Assembly (NCBI GenBank): GCA_048463395.1
Contig: DBFWPL010000002.1
Location: forward strand, 24,098-88,097
Direction: 5' to 3'
Origin: Alphaproteobacteria bacterium
Lineage (GTDB): Bacteria; Pseudomonadota; Alphaproteobacteria; RF32; CAG-239
DNA: 64,000 nt
Below, in pieces: positions 47,749 to 57,295 of the stretch. The notes beneath the pieces were generated by a model. It was not told the DNA's origin. It saw only the letters and a program-made list of their open reading frames with translations, and ran no database searches. The stretch's first letter is position 1. The number at the start of each line of letters is the position of its first letter. The translations under genes were made by a program, and so were the position numbers.

Positions 47749-48573
47749 CTATTTTAATTTGCCGTATTCTTCATCAGAGACGGCTTCCAGCCATTCGTTA
47801 GAAGTTTCTTCACCGTCTAATTCAAATGCTAAATGTGAAAACCAAGAATCAGGAGCTGCTCCGTGCCAGTGTTTTGTATTTGCCGGAATATGAATGACAG
47901 TTCCCTCTTTAATTTCAACAGGTTCTTTTCCCCACTCCTGATAGTAACCACGTCCGCCGATGCCAATCAGCATTTGTCCTCCGCCTGATTTTGCGTGGTG
48001 TATGTGCCAGTTATTGCGGCATTTCGGTTCAAATGTTACGTTAAAAAACTTAATCTGTTCGGTTGAAATCGGAGCCAGATAACTTTGCCCGATAAAATAT
48101 TTGGCATAAGCATTGTTTGGTTCTCCGATAGGGAACATAATTGTTTGAGCGTATTTATCTTTTTCGCTCATTGCCGGAGTATCTTCATTCCAAATATCTT
48201 TGGCAAGGCGGAATACGGCCCATGCTTTTGGCCAGCCGGCGTAAAAAGCGGTATGGGTGATAATCGCAGCTATTTCAGCTTTGCTGACGCCGTTGTTTTT
48301 GGCATTTTGCAGATGATGTGTCAGTGATGAATCGGTAATTCCCATCGACATCAGAGAAACAACCGTGATAATTGAGCGGGTCTTGACATCAATGTCTTGA
48401 TTATTCCAGTTTTCGCCAAATAAAATATCATCATTATAATGGGCAAAATCAGGAGCAAAATCCCCGAGTTGGGTTCTGCCTGCCGTCTGCGTAATTTTTT
48501 CTGCCATAACATTACCTCCATAAGTTAACAAACACGTTGTCAGCAACAAAACTTTAGATAAATTTTTCATCAA
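47749..48573 (-). CDS. secreted carboxymuconolactone decarboxylase-family (AhpD-like) domain fused to a cupin domain
   Basis: Signal peptide. An AhpD/CMD-like helical region (…HTAFYAGWPKAW…), then a cupin beta-barrel (…WHIHHAKSGGGQMLIG…, …GTVIHIPANTKHWHGAAP…). Confidence 0.55.
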   Translation of the reverse strand: MMKNLSKVLLLTTCLLTYGGNVMAEKITQTAGRTQLGDFAPDFAHYNDDILFGENWNNQDIDVKTRSIITVVSLMSMGITDSSLTHHLQNAKNNGVSKAEIAAIITHTAFYAGWPKAWAVFRLAKDIWNEDTPAMSEKDKYAQTIMFPIGEPNNAYAKYFIGQSYLAPISTEQIKFFNVTFEPKCRNNWHIHHAKSGGGQMLIGIGGRGYYQEWGKEPVEIKEGTVIHIPANTKHWHGAAPDSWFSHLAFELDGEETSNEWLEAVSDEEYGKLK

Positions 48574-48794
48574 TTTTTCCTTTCAATATTGACGATAGCA
48601 AACTCAGATTTTGTTCTGGTCTTAAATTTTGCAACTTGTTCATCAATTCCGTTACACTGAAACTGCGATAAGCTGATACATATCGACCAAATCCAGATTT
48701 TTTTACCATATGACGTGTTTCTTGCTTGTATTTTCAAAAGCAACAGTCATATTGCTTATTTCTAAGAAAACCAAAACAAAAAACAGTAACTTTT

Positions 48795-49289
48795 TCATAA
48801 ATTCAAGCTGTTTACAAAATCTTGCAGCTTTTCAACGGATGGATTGCCGTTTAAAACTTTACCGTTGATTATCTCAGGATTGCCTTTGGCGTCTTTTTGC
48901 AAATCTGTTGCCGTATTACCCAAGCCGCTGCTGCCCGAGGTGGCAAACAGAACAATCTTTTTGCCGCTGAAATCGTAACTTTTAACAAACTGATTAACGA
49001 TTTTCGGTGATGTTCCCCACCAAATCGGAAAGCCTAGGAAAATGACATCATAATCTTTTATCGGTGCATTTAAGTCAGCTAATTCCGGATAAGGTATTTT
49101 ATTTTCCATCTCCAAAGAGCTGCGGCTTTGCGAATTACGCCAATTTAAATCTGCTGATGTGTATTTTTCTTTAGCTTGGATTTCATAAGTTGGGGCGTCT
49201 AAAGTTGTTGCCAAATTCTGTGCAACTTGTGCCGTTGTGCCGGTGGCTGAGAAATATACAATCAAAACAGAAGCTAAAATATTGTTCAT
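48795..49289 (-). CDS. flavodoxin-like protein
   Basis: LIVYFSATGTTAQVA FMN-phosphate-binding motif. Confidence 0.65.
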   Translation of the reverse strand: MNNILASVLIVYFSATGTTAQVAQNLATTLDAPTYEIQAKEKYTSADLNWRNSQSRSSLEMENKIPYPELADLNAPIKDYDVIFLGFPIWWGTSPKIVNQFVKSYDFSGKKIVLFATSGSSGLGNTATDLQKDAKGNPEIINGKVLNGNPSVEKLQDFVNSLNL

Positions 49290-49301
49290 TTTTAATCTCC
49301 T

Positions 49302-51056
49302 TTATTTTAGTAACTTTTTTAAATCATCACAAACAAGTTCAGGGGTTAAATGGTAACGCTGATAAAGTTCGGTTATGGAAACTCTGTCGGTAAATTCTTT
49401 GGCGGCACCATAGTTTAAGACTTTTATTTTGTCTGCCCCGTAAAAAGAGGCGATCTTTTCGCCGAAACCGCCCGCGATACAACCATCTTCAAAAGTCAGC
49501 ACAATGTCATGATCTTGTTTTAAGCTTTCTAAAAGTTCGGTATCAAGTCCGGAAAGGTAAACAGGATTGATGAGTGTTGCCTCAATGCCAAATTTATTTT
49601 TAATTTCGGCATGAACGTTTTTAGCCAGATGATAAAAGTTTCCGGCTCCGATTAACGCAATCTTTTGTCCTTTATGTGTTACTTTGGATTTGTTAAGTTT
49701 GCCGTAATCTGTTGTATCTGTTTTCCCGGACGACATAACCGTTCCGTAAGGTGCACGGATAACCACCGGATGTTCTGTCTGTTCAACCGACCAATCAAGC
49801 ATAGCCAAGTATTCTTCTTTGTCTGTAGGTGCCAAATACACGATATTCGGGATGTTGGCAATCAACGGAATGTCAAAAATCGTTAAGTGCGTTACATCAT
49901 TGGCTCCGATTGCACCCCAACAAATAATGATGGTAGCAGGAGCTTTGTTGATTGCCAAATCTTGTGAAAGTTGGTCATAAGCACGTTGAATAAAAGAACT
50001 GTGGACGGCCAACACCGGTTTGGCTCCGTTTGCCGCCAGGCCGGAAATATATCCGACAGCGTGCTGTTCGGCAATATCCACATCGGTATAGTTAGCTCCC
50101 ATTTTTGCTCTAAATTCCGGTGTGAAACCGCAAATTCCCGGAGTGGCCGGTGAAACGGCAATGATAGTATTGTCTTTTTTCTTTTTCTCTAAGAGGTAAT
50201 TAACCATTAATGTATTATAAGTCTCACCAAAGTCATAGACCTTGCCGTCAGCTACCCCCGGCATAATCCAGTGATAAGGTTCTTTATTTTCTTCTGCCGG
50301 TTTAAAACCTTTGCCTTTCAGAGTGTGGATATGCAAAACAGTCGGTTTGTTTGTATCTTTGATTTTGTTAAGTGCCGTAATCATTTTTTCAATACTGTTT
50401 CCTTCTTCAACATAGGCGTATTCATATCCCATGGCTTTGAAGATATTTTTATCCGATTGGCCGTTGGTTGCCCGAAGTTCTGCCAATCCTTTGTATAAAC
50501 CGCCGTTGGTAGGGGCAATGCACATATCGTTATCGTTTACCAAAACAATAAAGTTGCTGTTTAAGACAGCCCCGTTGTTTAATCCCTCCAGAGCCTCTCC
50601 CCCGGAAAGGGAACCGTCGCCGATGATGGCAACAACGTTATATTTTTCGCCTTTCAAATCTCTGGCCTTAGCCATTCCGCAGGCCAAGCTGACGGAGGTT
50701 GAGGTGTGTCCGATGGTGAAAAAGTCGTGTTTACTTTCGTTAGGATTGGTATAACCGGTAATTTCCATATGATTGAGCGGATCTAAAAACGCATCTTTTC
50801 GATTGGTCAGCATTTTATGCGGATAGCATTGGTGCGATACGTCAAAAATAAATTTATCTTTAGGAGAATCAAAAACATAATGCAAAGCAATCGTGGCTTC
50901 GACAATTCCCAAATCACCGCCAAAATGTCCTCCGACCAGATTAGAGTGATTTATAACGCCGTAGCGGATTTCTTCGGCCAATGCGGTTAAGTCAGGTATA
51001 GACATATTTTTAATATCAGCAGGGCCGGTTACTTTATCTAAAAACGGGGTCTTCAT
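49302..51056 (-). CDS. transketolase-like / 1-deoxy-D-xylulose-5-phosphate synthase family protein
   Basis: GGHFGGDLGIVEATIALHYVF and GDGSLSGGEALEGLNNA ThDP-binding motifs. 584 aa. Confidence 0.55.
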   Translation of the reverse strand: MKTPFLDKVTGPADIKNMSIPDLTALAEEIRYGVINHSNLVGGHFGGDLGIVEATIALHYVFDSPKDKFIFDVSHQCYPHKMLTNRKDAFLDPLNHMEITGYTNPNESKHDFFTIGHTSTSVSLACGMAKARDLKGEKYNVVAIIGDGSLSGGEALEGLNNGAVLNSNFIVLVNDNDMCIAPTNGGLYKGLAELRATNGQSDKNIFKAMGYEYAYVEEGNSIEKMITALNKIKDTNKPTVLHIHTLKGKGFKPAEENKEPYHWIMPGVADGKVYDFGETYNTLMVNYLLEKKKKDNTIIAVSPATPGICGFTPEFRAKMGANYTDVDIAEQHAVGYISGLAANGAKPVLAVHSSFIQRAYDQLSQDLAINKAPATIIICWGAIGANDVTHLTIFDIPLIANIPNIVYLAPTDKEEYLAMLDWSVEQTEHPVVIRAPYGTVMSSGKTDTTDYGKLNKSKVTHKGQKIALIGAGNFYHLAKNVHAEIKNKFGIEATLINPVYLSGLDTELLESLKQDHDIVLTFEDGCIAGGFGEKIASFYGADKIKVLNYGAAKEFTDRVSITELYQRYHLTPELVCDDLKKLLK

Positions 51057-51065
51057 TGTATTCTC

Positions 51066-51680
51066 CTATAATTTATTATTTAGCAGTGTCAAAATTGCCT
51101 GATAGGCAAAATCATAAATCTTAAGTTCGGGATATTTTATTTCGGCTTTATTCATCGCCTTTTTTTGTTTTTCTGTTACATTTGTGTAAGGGTATAGGCC
51201 AAACATAAACGGAAAGAACGTATAGATAAAATGCTCAATACCTTCCCGGGGCATTTGCGGGAAATAAGTGTTTAAGAGCAGAGCCATGGTTTCGAGAGCT
51301 TTTTTATATATTTTTTTGAAATTGGTTAAATCCTCCAAAGAACAATTTTCTTCCAAATCGTAAAGATTCATTGAAAGAAGTTTCAAAAGCATTGGACGAT
51401 TTTCTAAAGTTTGAGCCAGGTTATCAGCAAATTCTTCAACGGAGAGAGTTTTGTATCGGCTCAAAATATTATCCATGTCTTCGCACCATAAAACATATTC
51501 TTCTCTAAAAATTTCGAGAAATATGCTTTCTTTGGTTGTGAAGTAGTTATAAATGGATGGGCGGGAAAAGCTGGTATAGCGGCTTATTTCTTTAAGGCTT
51601 ATTTCCTTAAAGTTCATTTTTTGATAGAGTTCGCGACAAGCCTTTAATATTTCGGCTCTTCTTTTATCAATAGTTGCCAT
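51066..51680 (-). CDS. TetR-family transcriptional regulator
   Basis: N-terminal HTH region (…KEISLKEISRYTSFSRPSIYNYFTTKESIF…). AAGGA SD. Confidence 0.8.
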   Translation of the reverse strand: MATIDKRRAEILKACRELYQKMNFKEISLKEISRYTSFSRPSIYNYFTTKESIFLEIFREEYVLWCEDMDNILSRYKTLSVEEFADNLAQTLENRPMLLKLLSMNLYDLEENCSLEDLTNFKKIYKKALETMALLLNTYFPQMPREGIEHFIYTFFPFMFGLYPYTNVTEKQKKAMNKAEIKYPELKIYDFAYQAILTLLNNKL

Positions 51681-51700
51681 ATAAATATCCTTTTATGCTT

Positions 51701-51751
51701 CTGACACAGTGTCAGTTTGTTGTTTTATACATTTTATCTGACACGGTGTCA
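51701..51751. promoter_or_regulatory. two palindromic candidate TetR operators
   Basis: ctgacac-a-gtgtcag (51701-51715) and tgacac-g-gtgtca (51739-51751), 21-70 bp upstream of the TetR start. Confidence 0.5.
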
Positions 51752-51804
51752 AGTGCTTTTATGGTGGTAAAACAAAACCCCGTTCTTGCGACGGGGTTGA
51801 GGGG

Positions 51805-53709
51805 CTATTGGGGGTTTTCGTTGTCTTCCGAGGTTTCGGAGTGGCCGTTGAGGTTGCTTAAAAACTGAGTCTCTATTTTCATGTATTGGGTCAGCAGCCA
51901 ACGAGACTGAGAAAGCAGAACGATTGAAGAGATTACCAAAAGCATGGTTACTTTCGGGTTTTCCGTCAAAAACCGGTGGACGACCGTTACGATGAAAAAT
52001 GAAATGACCAACAGCCGGAAGCTGGTTAAGACCATTAACGGTAAGCGATTTACTTTCTTGGCTTTCCAAAGTTTATAATAAATGGCGGCAATTTTATTAT
52101 TGGAAATAAAATAGTCTTTTATATTATCCGTACGTTCTTCCGTAACGGATGCAAAACTGATATTTTTCTCCAAGACATTACTGATATTTTCTTTTTTGTA
52201 AGACGGGATAATTTTGCAGATTAAGGAAACGGTTTTTCGTTTGATAAAAGACGGTAAAATCGTTTCCCATCCAATGAGAGCTTTTAAGAAAGGAGACATC
52301 AGGGCAAAAGTTATGACCGTTACGACTATTCTGGCCAGCAGATTAGGCATTAGCGAATGAATGAACGGTTTAATGAAGTATGCCGACAATCCGATAATCG
52401 TATATAATATCATCGTGAACAGAATTAAGCGGGAAAAGTAGTTCTTAAACAATAAATTCCAACGCATTTCTTCACTTTTGGTTTCTTTGGCGGTGGAGGC
52501 GTTTTGTTCAATATATTTGCTCCATGAAGAGGGCAGAAGTTTGGTTATTATCTTATAAGCCGGTTCTGCGGATTTTATCATCATCGGGGTTAAAAACGTC
52601 GTAATTACAGATACGGCAACGATGATAGGGTATACGCGGGCATTGAGAACGCCGATACTCATGCCGAGACTGGCAATAATGAAAGCGAACTCGCCGACTT
52701 GAGCAAGGGAAAATCCGCCTAACAAAGCTGTTTTTAAGTTTTGTCCGGAGATAATAAACCCAAAGCTTGAGAAAGAGATGATACCGCAAATGACAATTAT
52801 GGTTATGATGCCGATTGGTTTTGCATATTCAATAAACATAGCCGGATCAACCATCATGCCCACGGAAACGAAGAAGATGGCACCGAAGAAGTCTTTAAGC
52901 GGTTTGATAACGTTTTCAATACGGTGAATAATTTCCGTTTCGGCCAGAATCGACCCCATGATGAAGGCTCCCAGAGCAGAAGAGAAACCGGAGGACGTAG
53001 CCAGTAAAACCATCCCGAAACACAAGCTGATTACAATCAGCAGCAGCATTTCGTCGGTTAAGAATTTGGTTATTTTCTTAAGAAATGTCGGAACGACATA
53101 AATACCGATAACAAAGCATAAAACCAGGAAAAAGATTAACTTTAAAGTACTGATAACCAGATTGGTTCCGTCAATATTGTTACCGAGAGCAATTGTCGGC
53201 AGTAAGACCAAAAGTAAAATGCCAACCATGTCTTCAACGACTAAGACGCCAAAAACTAAGTCGGTGAATTTTTGTTTTTTTATGTTTAAGTCCTCAAATG
53301 TTTTGATGATGATTGTTGTAGATGACATGGATATCATACTTCCGAGGAAGAAACTGTCTATCATGGACCAACCGAGAAGCAAACCGGTATTATACCCTAA
53401 AAACAACATGAATAAAATGTTGAGCATGGCGGTAATCATGGCTGATTTTCCGACGTTGACCATCTTTTTGAAACTGAATTCGAGACCGAGACCGAACAAT
53501 AGGAAGATTACACCGATGTCTGCCCAGATAGAGAGGTTTTGCGTATCGCTCACCGTCGGGACAAAGTTGAAAAACGGTCCGGCGAAAATACCGGCCAGCA
53601 GATAGCCGAGTACGGTCGGTTGTTTGAGTTTTTTGAATATGAGCGTTGTTATTCCTGCATAGATTGTGATTAATGTCAGATCAATAATCAGCGTGTGAAT
53701 AGAGTGCAT
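51805..53709 (-). CDS. CPA2-family cation:proton antiporter (Kef-like) with C-terminal extension
   Basis: 12-13 TM helices. N-terminal MHSIHTLIIDLTLITIYAGITTLIFKKLKQPTVLGYLLAGIFAGP typical of KefB/NapA-type exchangers. Confidence 0.7.
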   Translation of the reverse strand: MHSIHTLIIDLTLITIYAGITTLIFKKLKQPTVLGYLLAGIFAGPFFNFVPTVSDTQNLSIWADIGVIFLLFGLGLEFSFKKMVNVGKSAMITAMLNILFMLFLGYNTGLLLGWSMIDSFFLGSMISMSSTTIIIKTFEDLNIKKQKFTDLVFGVLVVEDMVGILLLVLLPTIALGNNIDGTNLVISTLKLIFFLVLCFVIGIYVVPTFLKKITKFLTDEMLLLIVISLCFGMVLLATSSGFSSALGAFIMGSILAETEIIHRIENVIKPLKDFFGAIFFVSVGMMVDPAMFIEYAKPIGIITIIVICGIISFSSFGFIISGQNLKTALLGGFSLAQVGEFAFIIASLGMSIGVLNARVYPIIVAVSVITTFLTPMMIKSAEPAYKIITKLLPSSWSKYIEQNASTAKETKSEEMRWNLLFKNYFSRLILFTMILYTIIGLSAYFIKPFIHSLMPNLLARIVVTVITFALMSPFLKALIGWETILPSFIKRKTVSLICKIIPSYKKENISNVLEKNISFASVTEERTDNIKDYFISNNKIAAIYYKLWKAKKVNRLPLMVLTSFRLLVISFFIVTVVHRFLTENPKVTMLLVISSIVLLSQSRWLLTQYMKIETQFLSNLNGHSETSEDNENPQ

Positions 53710-53799
53710 TACCTTGTGTCCATCTTATCGGTTAGAATCTTAAAACGCTTAAATTTAACAGAGAAAATGTTAATTTTTTTAAAATAAAAAAAGAAAAAA

Positions 53800-55164
53800 T
53801 CAGACTATGTTCAGTGTTTGGCTGGCTCGGGCAATATTTACCGTTAATTGTTTGACTTCATCACTCATGCCGACATTTTCAAAAATATATAAAGCGTCAT
53901 GAAAATATTCCAAAGATTCTTCTAAAAGGGCTTTGTTGTAGTTGCCTTTGCCCAAACGGTAATAAATTTCGCCGATATGGCTTTGAATCTTTGCCCACGC
54001 CAACGGATCCCTTTTTTCGGTAATGATTTTTTGCTGATTTTTATAGCAGGTTACGGCAAGTTCGGAGATGTCTTCACTTTTGCTGAAATTACCAAGCAAA
54101 GAAAGAAGGTGTCCTAAATCTCCCTGAATAGAAGCCCAAAATTCCGGAAACAGAGCATAGGTATAAATTTTTTCGGCTTCTCTGAGCTGGAAAACGGCAT
54201 CTCGAAGAGCCTGAATATCTTCTTTTTGCCGCCAGTAGTTGAAGTATAACCGAGCCAGTTTGTAAGATATTTGTCCGTAGTCGTAAGGATAGTTGTATTT
54301 ACTTAAGTATTTTTGAGCATAACGGTAATATTCAATAGCTCCGCGGAAGTAATTGGACGGCTTTTTTTCCATGTGTTCGGCGGCAGAATCGTATAGTTGT
54401 CCGAGATGGTTGTAAATGCAGCCAAGGTGGATTTGACTGGTTATCAGGTCTTGGTGTTTTATGGCCGTGTCAAAGAGGTTTTTGACGATTTTGAAATCTT
54501 TATTGTCGCTGTTTTCGTATGCATAACTCAGGTATATAATTCCCAAAAAGTTCATGACATAAGGCATGTATTCTATGGATAGGGTTTTGGCGGAATTATC
54601 TTTTGACAGTTTATCGATAATTTTTTTCAGAAGATATTTTTTATAAATTTTTGTTTCTTTGCTGTCGGTGTTTATGGCACTGATGACGGCTCCGTAAATC
54701 AGTTCGCTTACCGCGTCGGGAAAATTACCCTGATCTTGGGTCATGTGTGCCGGAATGTAGAGGCTGTCCATCAGAGAAACAAACGCTGCATCTTCATTTT
54801 CGTATTGTTTTGCGGTTTGGAAGTTAAGGCGGATTTTGTTTCCGTCACGATACCCCCAAATCAGGACATCCGCTCCGCTTTTATCCAGAAGGTCCTGTCC
54901 TTTGTCGATCAGGTCAAAAAGGGTGCGGCTTTCCAGATTTAAGAAGGTTTTGGGAAAAGGTTCATCAAAATAGGAAACGGCCAATCCGTTTTTTTTGCTC
55001 AGCATTTTGGCTACGGTTTCTCCCGAATTGCTTTCGACATTGTCGCTGAATTCAATAACGACAATTTTGAATTTTGGACGGTGCAGTTCCTCTTGAACGG
55101 AAAATTTTTCAGTCGATGATCCGTTTTTGATAAAGTTTGTTTTTATCCAGTCCAAAAGTTCCAT
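53800..55164 (-). CDS. hypothetical protein with TPR-like C-terminal repeats (454 aa)
   Basis: Repeated Y/W-rich helical hairpin segments (YYRYAQKYL, LARLYFNYW, IGEIYYRLGKGNY). Confidence 0.4.
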   Translation of the reverse strand: MELLDWIKTNFIKNGSSTEKFSVQEELHRPKFKIVVIEFSDNVESNSGETVAKMLSKKNGLAVSYFDEPFPKTFLNLESRTLFDLIDKGQDLLDKSGADVLIWGYRDGNKIRLNFQTAKQYENEDAAFVSLMDSLYIPAHMTQDQGNFPDAVSELIYGAVISAINTDSKETKIYKKYLLKKIIDKLSKDNSAKTLSIEYMPYVMNFLGIIYLSYAYENSDNKDFKIVKNLFDTAIKHQDLITSQIHLGCIYNHLGQLYDSAAEHMEKKPSNYFRGAIEYYRYAQKYLSKYNYPYDYGQISYKLARLYFNYWRQKEDIQALRDAVFQLREAEKIYTYALFPEFWASIQGDLGHLLSLLGNFSKSEDISELAVTCYKNQQKIITEKRDPLAWAKIQSHIGEIYYRLGKGNYNKALLEESLEYFHDALYIFENVGMSDEVKQLTVNIARASQTLNIV

Positions 55165-55170
55165 ATTCGC

Positions 55171-56250
55171 TTATTTGTCCTGTTTCAGGTGTTGTTTTAT
55201 TTCATCGACGTTTTCCCTGATATCTCTGATGAAATTTGTGTTTATTTCCTTTAGGCTGACAGTTTCTTCCTGCCAATTTTTTATCTTGTTGCAGAACCAT
55301 AGTGCCAAGATAAAAGATACTGCCGGTAAAGAATAAGCATTTGGAGCGTAAACCTGGAATGTTCCCAAAATTAGCAATAAGGCTTCCAGTTTTGCAGCGG
55401 CATTGCATATAAAGTTCGGAGCCAGTCCAGAAACATTGGCCTGATAATAGTTCATATCGGACATGATATCTTTATACTGCGGACGCATGGTCAGCTTGAG
55501 AGCTGTGGCCCAGATTACCTCGGTAATGAAAAAAAGGCTGAAAATAAGATTGCAGGAAGCTGCTTTTTCAACAGAGGATTGAATAATCAGCCAGGCGACA
55601 ATGAATCCCAGAGCAGAGGCCGCACTTTGTTTTAAAACGATACGGGCCGGATACCAGCTGAAAGCCATAAAAGCAGCGGTAACACCAACTAATGCAAGAG
55701 CATAGTTGCCGAGCAGGAAAGGAGCTCCGCCCAGCAGAGAAATGAAGAAAATTCCTGCTCCGGAGGTCATGGTTTGTAAGCTTAGTATGCCGTCAATCCC
55801 GTTCATGTATTTATAGGCAAAGCTGAATAAAAACCATAACAGGATAACGATACTGCGATCCAAAACAAGCGGTAAATTTCCTTCAAACAAAAGAAAGTCT
55901 TTTGGAAGCAGAAAAGAACATCCGATTGCTGCAGCCAAAATGATTAACGGTGCGTATTTTTCACTCTTTTTGAAAAAAGAACTCAGATAAATTAATCCGG
56001 CAGATAAAAAGGCAAGCAGTAAGGACCAGTATTCAGGCCGATAAATGAAGTCAAAAAATTGCCGATTGGTAAAAAATAAAGTTGTGAAAGTAATGAAGAG
56101 TATAGCATACAACGGAAGGAAACTGTCTTTTGCCACGGCGGAAGAGGGTTCAAAGTCGGAAAGACGTTTGGAATAAGCATTTAACCAGAAAAATCCGACA
56201 GAGAAGGGTAGGATAAAAGAGGCGAGGGTTATCAGATATTTTATTTCCAT
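55171..56250 (-). CDS. WecA/MraY-family (GT4 polyprenyl-phosphate sugar-phosphotransferase) homolog with degenerate catalytic motifs
   Basis: 10-11 TM helices. MNGIDGILS resembles N-x-x-DG-x-DGL. YPARIVLKQSAASALGF aligns to PARIFMGDxGS with GD replaced by KQ. Confidence 0.45.
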   Translation of the reverse strand: MEIKYLITLASFILPFSVGFFWLNAYSKRLSDFEPSSAVAKDSFLPLYAILFITFTTLFFTNRQFFDFIYRPEYWSLLLAFLSAGLIYLSSFFKKSEKYAPLIILAAAIGCSFLLPKDFLLFEGNLPLVLDRSIVILLWFLFSFAYKYMNGIDGILSLQTMTSGAGIFFISLLGGAPFLLGNYALALVGVTAAFMAFSWYPARIVLKQSAASALGFIVAWLIIQSSVEKAASCNLIFSLFFITEVIWATALKLTMRPQYKDIMSDMNYYQANVSGLAPNFICNAAAKLEALLLILGTFQVYAPNAYSLPAVSFILALWFCNKIKNWQEETVSLKEINTNFIRDIRENVDEIKQHLKQDK

Positions 56251-56326
56251 GGTGCTTTCCTTTAATTTTTACTGTCTGACATTTTTATAATATGTTTTGA
56301 TGTTTTCTTCAATAAACATTCATCGG

Positions 56327-57295
56327 TTATGCTAAGATAATGTTATATAATTTATTCAAAATTTTGCGAATTTCAGTATTCGGGAGTTTTTTCTTTTGGG
56401 AAATGTCCAGAAAACAAGATGAGAGCAAATCCAATTCGCCGATTTTTCCGAGGCTGAATTCTGCTTGCAGCGGATAAATATAGCTGTTTGGCGTGTTATA
56501 GAGTTTTTTTAATATTTCTTCTTCATTGATGGTTTCGTTTTCTGACTTTGCGATGGTACATAGCTCTTTTACCAGAGGTTTTATGTTGTCCCGCAGAGAT
56601 TTGTCCTTGGTAATCTGGGCAAAGTTTTTGTTGAAATAAGCGGATAGGAGAGAACCGGCAGCATAAGTCGTAAAATAATTCCAAAAAGCGGATGTTTCGT
56701 CGGTTTCCGTGCGGGTTGTTATGTCTGACAAAACGAAAAGTTCGTTAATGAGCTGAAAATAAGGGTTCTTTTCATCCATGCACAGGGTTATGGAAGGTTG
56801 TCTGCCCAGTTGGGACAATTGCTGGTTTTCAAGGCTTAAATAGCCGTCGAAAAAAGCTCTGAAGATATTTTCGTTAAAAAGTCCGGTAAACAAATTGAAG
56901 TTTTTCAGAGGAGTGAAGCATAAAACAGGGGCATCACCGATATTTTTAGAAGCGGTAGCCGCTATTGCCGCTTTTATTTTGTGCGGGGAGGCGGCAATAA
57001 TAAGAACTTCCGGTTTTTCCCGAATCATAAAAGAGGTTTGGAATATGCAGCGTTGTTTTTGTAAGGCACGTTCTTCTTTGAGGGTGATGCCGTTGGTACT
57101 CAGGCTGGTGTTTTCGGAAGTTCCCGAGATGATTACTACTTTTCTGAACGGTGAGAGTTTGGCCGCCAGATAGCATGTCAGGGCATTGTCGCCGACGATG
57201 TAAACGGGAGCGTGTTTTTCCGCTTTTTGTTCCGGAATATCGGCGGGTGAGTTTTCTGAGGTTTTATTTTTCGGGGTACTTTTTTTGAAGAACAT
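56327..57295 (-). CDS. ketopantoate reductase (PanE/ApbA)-like protein with degenerate Rossmann motif
   Basis: VYIVGDNALTCYLAAKLS in place of IxIxGxGAxGxxxGxxL. C-terminal PanE-like helical domain. Confidence 0.35.
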   Translation of the reverse strand: MFFKKSTPKNKTSENSPADIPEQKAEKHAPVYIVGDNALTCYLAAKLSPFRKVVIISGTSENTSLSTNGITLKEERALQKQRCIFQTSFMIREKPEVLIIAASPHKIKAAIAATASKNIGDAPVLCFTPLKNFNLFTGLFNENIFRAFFDGYLSLENQQLSQLGRQPSITLCMDEKNPYFQLINELFVLSDITTRTETDETSAFWNYFTTYAAGSLLSAYFNKNFAQITKDKSLRDNIKPLVKELCTIAKSENETINEEEILKKLYNTPNSYIYPLQAEFSLGKIGELDLLSSCFLDISQKKKLPNTEIRKILNKLYNIILA

